NCBI RefSeq assembly: GCF_016127575.1
Contig: NZ_CP066018.1
Location: 3,270,001-3,302,000, forward strand
Direction of reading: 5' to 3'
DNA from: Cupriavidus necator
GTDB taxonomy: Bacteria; Pseudomonadota; Gammaproteobacteria; Burkholderiales; Burkholderiaceae
DNA: 32,000 nt
How positions within the stretch are numbered: position 1 is the first letter of the stretch; each line of letters opens with the position of its first letter. Position numbers and translations under genes: made by a program. The notes beneath the pieces are model-generated. The model saw only the letters and a list, made by a program, of their open reading frames with translations. It was not told where the DNA came from and searched no databases. Positions 25,806 through 32,000 of the stretch are shown piece after piece.

Positions 25806-27191
25806 TTAGTGCGGCTCAGGCCATTGCCGCTGGGGTTCCGAGGCGCGCTCGAACCAGTGCGCCAGCTGCAGCACGCCCAGGTCGTCAAAGCGCCGGCCGG
25901 AGATCTGCAGCCCGATGGGCAGGCCGTCGCGCGACATGCCGCAGGGGATCGATGCCGCGGGCTGTTCGGAGTGGTTGAACACCGCTGTGAAGTGAGAGTC
26001 CTTGAGCGGCAGGTCGCCGCCGCTGTTGATGGCATCGGCGGCGAAGGGCAGCACCGGTGACACCGGCGAGATCACGAAATCATAGGGCTGGGTCGCGGCC
26101 ACGGTGGCCTCGCGCAGCTGCTGCATGCGCGTGAAGGCCTGGAAGGTCTGCTCCGGCGTGAGCGTGCCGGCAAACTCGGCGGCCTTGCGGATGTAGCCTG
26201 CCGCCAGGCTGGCGCGCTCCGGCGGCATCCCGGCCAGGTCGACCCGGCAGCGCATGGTGAAGAAGTGCGCCATGCCGATGCGCATGTCCATGGTGGTCCA
26301 GTCGCGCACGGGTTCGACCACGGCACCGCCTTGCTCGAACAGGTGCGCTGCCGCCAGCACCGCCGCGCGGACTTCGGCATCGACCTGCCAGTCGCCGCTC
26401 GGGTCCAGCCACAGGCCGATGCGCAGCCCGCGGATATCGCGCTCAAGCTGCTGCCAGGCGATGTCCTGCGGAGGCAGGCTCATGTAGTCGCGGGCATCGG
26501 GGCGCGAGATCGCCTGCATCGCCAGCGCGGCGTCGGCCACGGTGCGCGTCAGCGGACCGATCACGCGCGCGGCGGCTGGCGGATGGACCGGCACGCGGCC
26601 ATGGCTGGGCTTCAGGCCGAAAACGCCGCAGAAGCTGGCGGGAATACGCACCGAGCCGCCGATATCCGTGCCCAGGTGGAGCGGGCCGTAGCCCGCCGCA
26701 GCCGCGGCGCCGGCGCCGGAACTGGAGCCGCCGGTGTTGCGGTCCAGCTTCCACGGGTTGCGCGTGAGCGGATGGAAGCTGGACGGCGCCGCGCCCAGGA
26801 AGCCGAAATCCGGCATGGTGGTCTTGCCGACCACGATTGCGCCGGCCTCGAGCAGGCGCGCCGCGGCCGGCGCATCGGCCGGTGCCGGCGCCAGCACGGT
26901 GGCGGCGCTGCCGAGCGGCACCGGCGTGCCGCGCGTGGCGATGTTCTCCTTCAGCGTCACCGGCACGCCGTCGAGCGGGCCGTTCGGGGTGCCGGCCAGC
27001 CAGCGCGCCTCGGCGCTGCGCGCGGCGGCCAGCGCTTGCTCGGCATGCACCACGTACATCGCACGGATGCCGGGCTCCCAGTGTTCGATGCGGTCCAGCA
27101 CCGACTGCATGACTTCGACCGGGGAGAGTTCGCGCTGGCGGTAGTTGCTGAGCAGGTCGGCGGCGCTGAGTGCGTAGAGCGGAGTCTTCAT
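25806..27191 (-). CDS. Amidase-signature (AS) family amidase.
   Basis: MKTPLYALSAADLLSNY...GVPVTLKENI...GGSSSGAGAAAAAGYGPLHLGTDIGGSVRIPASFCG. This is the canonical AS motif with the Ser-cisSer-Lys region. I prefer the start at 27191 to the track start 27386, which would overlap the upstream ATPase gene. Confidence 0.9.
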   Translation of the reverse strand: MKTPLYALSAADLLSNYRQRELSPVEVMQSVLDRIEHWEPGIRAMYVVHAEQALAAARSAEARWLAGTPNGPLDGVPVTLKENIATRGTPVPLGSAATVLAPAPADAPAAARLLEAGAIVVGKTTMPDFGFLGAAPSSFHPLTRNPWKLDRNTGGSSSGAGAAAAAGYGPLHLGTDIGGSVRIPASFCGVFGLKPSHGRVPVHPPAAARVIGPLTRTVADAALAMQAISRPDARDYMSLPPQDIAWQQLERDIRGLRIGLWLDPSGDWQVDAEVRAAVLAAAHLFEQGGAVVEPVRDWTTMDMRIGMAHFFTMRCRVDLAGMPPERASLAAGYIRKAAEFAGTLTPEQTFQAFTRMQQLREATVAATQPYDFVISPVSPVLPFAADAINSGGDLPLKDSHFTAVFNHSEQPAASIPCGMSRDGLPIGLQISGRRFDDLGVLQLAHWFERASEPQRQWPEPH

Positions 27192-27241
27192 TGTCTTTTC
27201 CGAGAGGGTTGGCTGGCGCTTGGGAATCTGCATCGCCGGCG

Positions 27242-28897
27242 TTACTGCACACCGAACGGGTAGTGGCGTCCCGGCGCGGCGGCCAGCAGCGCGCGGGTGT
27301 AGTCCTGGCGCGGCGACAGCACGACGTCGCGCGTGGCGCCTTGCTCGACCACGCGGCCCTTGTGCATGACGATCAGGCGGTCGCACACCTGGCTGGCCAC
27401 GCGCAGGTCGTGGGTGATGAAGAGGATGCCGATGGCAAGCCGCTGCTGGATATCGGCCAGCAGCTTCAGGATCTGCGCCTGCACCGAGACGTCCAGTGCC
27501 GACACCGCTTCATCGGCGATCAGCACGCGCGGCTCGCACGCCAGCGCGCGGGCAATGCAGATGCGCTGGCGCTGGCCGCCGGAGAACTCGCTCGGGTAGC
27601 GGTGCAGCGCGTCGGGCCGCAGCCGCACCAGTTCCATCAGCGACTCGGCGCGTTGCCACGCCTGCGCGGGCGTCGCGCCGAAATTGACCGCGCCTTCGAC
27701 GATGGACTGGCCCACCGTGCGGCGCGGATTGAGCGAGCGGTTGGGGTCCTGGAACACCACCTGCACCATGCGCCGGAACGCGGACAGCTGCGCGCGGCGC
27801 GGCAGTTGCTGCGCGGCTTCGGGCAGCACCTGGATATTGCCCGCGGACGGTTCGATCAGCCGCGCGATGCAGCGCGCCACCGTGGACTTGCCCGAGCCGG
27901 ACTCGCCCACGATGCCGACGGTCTCGCCCGCCCGCACCTGCAATGACACATCGGTGGCCGCCTCGACCACGCGGCGCCGGCCCGGCCAGGCTCCCGAGAC
28001 ATAGGTCTTGCCGATGCCGCTGGCGTCGAGCAGCAACGCTCGCTGCGCCACCGACGGGCGCTGCGCGGGCTCCAGTCCCGGCACGGCATTGAGCAGCATG
28101 CGGGTGTAGTCCGCCTCGGGCTGGCGCAAGACCCGGTCTTTCGGCCCGCTTTCCACCTGGCGGCCAAGCTGCAGCACCACCACCCGGTCGGCAATGTCGG
28201 CGACCACGCCGAAGTCGTGCGTGATGAACAGCACCGCGGTCTGGTTCTCGTGCTGCAGTTCGCGCACCAGTGCCAGGATCTCGGCCTGCGTGGTCACGTC
28301 CAGCGCGGTGGTGGGCTCATCGCACACCAGCAGGGCCGGGCGCAGGATCAGCGCCATGGCGATGACGATGCGCTGGCGCTGCCCACCGGACAGCTGGTGC
28401 GGATAGGCGTCGTAGATCCGCTCGGGATCCGGCAGCCGCACGCGCGCAAAGATCGACAGCACGCGCTCGCGCCGCTGCGCGGCGCCCAGGCTGGTGTGCT
28501 GCGCCAGCATTTCCTCGACCTGCCGGCCGCAGCGCATGACCGGGTTCAGCGCGGTCATGGGTTCCTGGAACACCATGGCCACGCCGGTGCCGCGCAGTTC
28601 GCGCCGGCGTGCGGGGGTGGCCGCCAGCAGGTCTTCGCTGGCCAGCGCGATGCTGCCGCCTGAGACCTTCAGGCCTTCGGGCAGCAAGCCCATCACCGCG
28701 CGCGCGACCACGGACTTGCCTGAGCCCGATTCGCCCAGCAGGCAGACCACTTCGCCCGGCATGACGTCGAAGGAAACCCCCTGGACCGCATGCGGCCGGT
28801 CGGCGCCGGGCGGCAGGTCGATGCGCAGGTCGCGCACGCGCAGGCAGGGCGTGGCCGAGTCCGCGGCCGCCGACTCGGTCGTGTTCGTTGGCATCAT
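27242..28897 (-). CDS. Fused two-domain ABC ATPase of a Dpp/Opp-type importer.
   Basis: GESGSGKS appears twice. Signatures LSGGQRQR and FSGGQRQR. Walker B motifs [12 protein letters not shown] and [12 protein letters not shown]. One-nt overlap (TGATG) with the upstream permease gene. Confidence 0.92.
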   Translation of the reverse strand: MMPTNTTESAAADSATPCLRVRDLRIDLPPGADRPHAVQGVSFDVMPGEVVCLLGESGSGKSVVARAVMGLLPEGLKVSGGSIALASEDLLAATPARRRELRGTGVAMVFQEPMTALNPVMRCGRQVEEMLAQHTSLGAAQRRERVLSIFARVRLPDPERIYDAYPHQLSGGQRQRIVIAMALILRPALLVCDEPTTALDVTTQAEILALVRELQHENQTAVLFITHDFGVVADIADRVVVLQLGRQVESGPKDRVLRQPEADYTRMLLNAVPGLEPAQRPSVAQRALLLDASGIGKTYVSGAWPGRRRVVEAATDVSLQVRAGETVGIVGESGSGKSTVARCIARLIEPSAGNIQVLPEAAQQLPRRAQLSAFRRMVQVVFQDPNRSLNPRRTVGQSIVEGAVNFGATPAQAWQRAESLMELVRLRPDALHRYPSEFSGGQRQRICIARALACEPRVLIADEAVSALDVSVQAQILKLLADIQQRLAIGILFITHDLRVASQVCDRLIVMHKGRVVEQGATRDVVLSPRQDYTRALLAAAPGRHYPFGVQ

Positions 28898-29826
28898 CAG
28901 GCACTCCGCTTGCTGAACTTGGGGTCGAGGGTGTCGCGCAGGCCGTCGCCGAGCATGTTGACGGCCAGCACCGTTACCGCCAGGAAGGCGCCGGGCAGCA
29001 GCACGCTGTGCGGATGCGCGGTGAAATGGGCGCGCCCCTCGGCCATGATGTTTCCCCAGGTGGGGATGTCGGTGGGCAGGCCGATGCCGAGGAAGGACAT
29101 CACCGCTTCCACCAGCATCGCGCCGGCGCAGATAAAGGTGCCCTGCACCAGCAGCGGCGCGATGGTGTTCGGCAGGATGTGGCGCAGCATCAGTTTCCAG
29201 GTCGGCGTATCGAGCGCGATGGCGGCCTCGACATAAGGCTCTTCACGTACCGACAGCACCACCGATCGGACCAGGCGCGCCACGCGCGGCGTGTCGGGCA
29301 CGGTCATGGCCACGATCACCGTCAGCAGGCTGGGCCGCCAGGCGGCCACCAGCACGATGGCGAAGAGGATGCCGGGGATGGCCATCATGCCGTCCATCAC
29401 GCGCATGATGAAGCCGTCCAGCCAGCGCACATAGCCCGATACCAGCCCGACCGCCAGCCCCAGCAGCACCGAGGCCAGCGCCACCGACACCCCGACCGCC
29501 AGCGAGACCCGCGCGCCGTACAACGTGCGGCTCCAGATGTCGCGGCCCAGGCTGTCGGTGCCCAGCGGGAACAGGCGTTCGAAGGCATCGCCGGCCAGCG
29601 TCACGATCTCGGCGCGCGTGAAGGGGGCCAGCTGGCTGCTGGCGGGGTCCATGGTGTTGGGATCGATGGTGTAGAGCCAGGGCGCGGCCACGGCAAGGAA
29701 CAGCATCAGGCCGAGGATGGTGCCGCCGGCGCGCACGGCACCGTTGGCCAGCACCGCGCGCAGCCGCGAGGGACGGGCGCCGGTGCCGGGCGGGGCGGAT
29801 TCGATGGCAGTGGTGAGTGAGGTCAT
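28897..29826 (-). CDS. ABC importer permease (DppC/OppC-like).
   Basis: PLGTDSLGRDIWSRTLYGARVSL...YVEAAIALDTPTWKLMLRHILPN...LGDGLRDTLDPK. Confidence 0.9.
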   Translation of the reverse strand: MTSLTTAIESAPPGTGARPSRLRAVLANGAVRAGGTILGLMLFLAVAAPWLYTIDPNTMDPASSQLAPFTRAEIVTLAGDAFERLFPLGTDSLGRDIWSRTLYGARVSLAVGVSVALASVLLGLAVGLVSGYVRWLDGFIMRVMDGMMAIPGILFAIVLVAAWRPSLLTVIVAMTVPDTPRVARLVRSVVLSVREEPYVEAAIALDTPTWKLMLRHILPNTIAPLLVQGTFICAGAMLVEAVMSFLGIGLPTDIPTWGNIMAEGRAHFTAHPHSVLLPGAFLAVTVLAVNMLGDGLRDTLDPKFSKRSA

Positions 29827-29850
29827 GGGGCCGGGTTTCCGTGGGAGATA

Positions 29851-30792
29851 TCAGTAGCGAATGCGGGGATCGAGCAGCAGATAGCTCGCGTCCACCAGCA
29901 GGTTGATGACCACGTACGAGACCGAGAAGAACAGCGTGATGCCCTGGATCAGCGGGTAGTCGCGCGACAGCACGGCATCCACTGTGAGCTGGCCGACACC
30001 GGGAATGGCGTAGATGCTCTCGGTCACGACCACGCCGCCGATCAGGCCGGCCACGCTCAGCCCGATCACGGTGGCGATCGGCACCGCGGCATTGGCCAGC
30101 GCATGGCGCGTCAGCATGCGCCACTCCGGAATGCCCTTGGCGCGCGCGGTCTGCACGAAGTCCTCGGTCAGTGCTTCGGACACGGCGGCGCGGGTCGTGC
30201 GCGCCACCAGCGCGCACGACATCACCGACAGCGTGACGCAGGGCAGGGCCAGGTTGCGCAGCCATGGCCAGATGCCGTCGGCCAGGCGGCTGTAGCCCTG
30301 CGACGGCAGCCAGCCCAGGTGCAGCGAGAACACCCAGATCATCAGGTAGCCGGCCACGAAGATCGGCACCGAGAAGCCCAGCACGGAGCCGCCCATCACC
30401 AGGCGGTCGAGCCAGCGGCCGCGCCGGTAGGCCGCCAGCGTGCCCAGCGGCACCGCCGTCAGCACGGTCAGCACGATGGTCAGCGCCGCCACCGAGAGCG
30501 TGGGCTCCAGCCGCTGCGCGATCAGCGTGGTCACGGGCATCTTGTAGAAGAAGGAATAGCCCAGGTCGCCGCCCAGCACGTGGCCGAGCCAGCCGATGAA
30601 CTGGCGCGGCAGCGCTTGATCCAGCCCGAGCTGGGTGCGGATGCGGGCGATGTCTTCCACGCTGGCGGCGTCGCCGGCAATGGCCGCTGCCGGGTCGCCG
30701 GGGGTCAGCCGCAGCAGCGTGAAGACGATGACAGCCACCACCGCCAGCACTGGCACGGTGGCCAGGCTGCGGCGGACCAGGAAATTCATCAT
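29851..30792 (-). CDS. ABC importer permease (DppB/OppB-like).
   Basis: MMNFLVRRSLATVPVLAVVAVIVFTLLRLTPGDPA...ARAKGIPEWRMLTRHALANA. The ATG ATG at 30792/30789 has GAGG 8 nt upstream. The track start 30930 would overlap the binding-protein gene. Confidence 0.9.
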   Translation of the reverse strand: MMNFLVRRSLATVPVLAVVAVIVFTLLRLTPGDPAAAIAGDAASVEDIARIRTQLGLDQALPRQFIGWLGHVLGGDLGYSFFYKMPVTTLIAQRLEPTLSVAALTIVLTVLTAVPLGTLAAYRRGRWLDRLVMGGSVLGFSVPIFVAGYLMIWVFSLHLGWLPSQGYSRLADGIWPWLRNLALPCVTLSVMSCALVARTTRAAVSEALTEDFVQTARAKGIPEWRMLTRHALANAAVPIATVIGLSVAGLIGGVVVTESIYAIPGVGQLTVDAVLSRDYPLIQGITLFFSVSYVVINLLVDASYLLLDPRIRY

Positions 30793-30868
30793 GGCACTAC
30801 CTCGTTGGGGGAAAGGGAGGTCAGCAGGCTGGCGGCACGGCAGCCGGGACCGCGGGCGCCGTAGCGGG

Positions 30869-32000
30869 CTATTGCTTGCGCACGTTCCAGTACAGCACCG
30901 CCGGTGCCGGCAGCAGGCCGCTGATCGCACCGCTGCGCACCACGGTGGGCGCCTTGCCTTCGCCGACGGGCGCCAGGATGCCGTTTTCGATGGCGCGCAG
31001 CTGGATCCTGGTGGCGATGTCCTTGCGCTGCGCGGCGTCCGCGGTTTCGATGAAGCGGGTCTTGAGGGTTTCCAGCTCGGCGTCTTCCGGCCAGCCGAAG
31101 TAGCCGCGGTCGCCGTTGCCGGTCAGCGGGCTGTAGGTGATGGGGCTGCTGGCGTCGACGCCGCCCCAGAAGGTGATGTAGGCATTCCAGCCGCCTTTCT
31201 CGGGCGGTTCCTTCCTGGTGCGGCGCGTGATCAGGGTGCTCCAGTCGGTGGCCTGCACGTCGACATTGAAGCCCACCTGCCTGAGCAGCTGGCCGTAGAC
31301 CACCGGCAGGCGGCTCAGCGCGGGGGCATCGCCCGGCAGCATGATCACCACTGGCTTGCCGTCATAGCCGGACTCCTTGAGCAGCTTGCGCGCCTGTTCG
31401 AACTGCGGCTTGCCGGTGAAGAAGCCGGTCTGGTCGCTGGCATAGGGCGAGCCGCACAGGTAGATCGAGGCGCACGGCTTGTAGAAGTCGCGGTAGGTGG
31501 CCTGCGCGCGCAGCATCGCTTCCTGGTTGATCGCCAGCATCGCGGCCTTGCGCACCCTGGCGTCATTGAACGGCGGCACCTTGTGGTTGTAGATCACGGT
31601 GAAGGGGCCGGCGGGCATGATGTCGACCATCTGCACCCGCTTGTCGGTGCGCAGTTGCGGATAGTGCGATGACGGCACGACCTCGAGGATATCCACCTCG
31701 CCGTTGAGCAGCGCGTTTACCTGGGTCTGCGTATCGCGCAGGAACACCCATTCGACGCGGTCGACGTGCACGGCCTTGCCGCCGGCCAGGCCGGACGGCG
31801 CATCCTTGCGCGGCACATAGTCGGGATTGCGACGGTAGACCACGCGGTCGCCGGGCCGGAAGTCCTCTTTCTTCAGCGTGAAGGGGCCGGAGCCGGTCAG
31901 GTCGTCGATCTGCTTGTCGGCAGGCGTCTCGGCGACACGCTTGGGCATGATGAACGGCACCAGCGGGCTGGGCTTGCCCAGCGCATCCAGCACTGCGCCG
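30869..32000 (-). CDS. Periplasmic family-5 substrate-binding protein. The N-terminus lies beyond the right edge.
   Basis: The reading frame is open from the window edge. ...GSGPFTLKKEDFRPGDRVVYRRNPDY...ESGYDGKPVVIML...YFGWPEDAELE is typical of the SBP_bac_5 family. The internal Met at 31993 in the track is not the real start. Confidence 0.87.
   Translation of the reverse strand, partial: GAVLDALGKPSPLVPFIMPKRVAETPADKQIDDLTGSGPFTLKKEDFRPGDRVVYRRNPDYVPRKDAPSGLAGGKAVHVDRVEWVFLRDTQTQVNALLNGEVDILEVVPSSHYPQLRTDKRVQMVDIMPAGPFTVIYNHKVPPFNDARVRKAAMLAINQEAMLRAQATYRDFYKPCASIYLCGSPYASDQTGFFTGKPQFEQARKLLKESGYDGKPVVIMLPGDAPALSRLPVVYGQLLRQVGFNVDVQATDWSTLITRRTRKEPPEKGGWNAYITFWGGVDASSPITYSPLTGNGDRGYFGWPEDAELETLKTRFIETADAAQRKDIATRIQLRAIENGILAPVGEGKAPTVVRSGAISGLLPAPAVLYWNVRKQ

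Noticed and set aside
27137-27148. A second GGCGGTAG core (GGCGGTAGTTGC).
   Set aside because: It lies antisense inside the amidase coding region and lacks the downstream TG of the ops consensus. About two to three chance occurrences of the 8-mer are expected in this window at this GC content.

Overview
This is a high-GC window, about 67-70% GC by hand count of sample lines. It looks like a Burkholderiaceae chromosome (Cupriavidus/Ralstonia-like), but that taxon call is inference from composition and gene content only.

From left to right the window holds four blocks.

(1) 1-5168: a lower-GC island of about 55% GC.
- It carries the tail of a surface-polysaccharide cluster: a truncated two-Rossmann flavoprotein monooxygenase, a PglC-type priming sugar transferase, an ATP-grasp ligase and a SAM methyltransferase.
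- It also shows signs of decay: a frame-switching ORF remnant, long non-coding gaps, and an IS66-type transposase 3' remnant at the island/core junction.

(2) 5169-18791: core genes.
- These are the ABC-F ATPase yheS, then an RpiR/MurR-type regulator fused into an iaaA-gsiABCD-like operon.
- That operon is extended by a DmpA/BapA-like (S58) peptidase and a DppA (M55) D-aminopeptidase.
- An orphan hypothetical protein and a DUF2817/M14-like metallopeptidase follow.

(3) 19026-24821: the most interesting block. It is a tightly translationally coupled six-gene membrane-lipid operon.
- Its genes are a CDP-alcohol phosphatidyltransferase, an alpha/beta-hydrolase::methyltransferase fusion, a sphingomyelin-synthase-like PAP2_C::dual-specificity-phosphatase fusion, a small membrane protein, a PlsC-type acyltransferase and a CdsA paralogue.
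- It resembles an expanded version of the poorly characterised E. coli ynbABCD operon. The lipid product is unknown.
- Its 234-nt leader contains an exact match to the RfaH ops consensus GGCGGTAGnnTG.

(4) 24834-32000, minus strand: a LysR regulator, an amidase, and a Dpp/Opp-type ABC importer with a fused ATPase, two permeases and a family-5 binding protein truncated at the right edge.

I saw no tRNA, rRNA or CRISPR array. Many long ORFs in the supplied track are antisense or 5'-extended artefacts of the high GC content.
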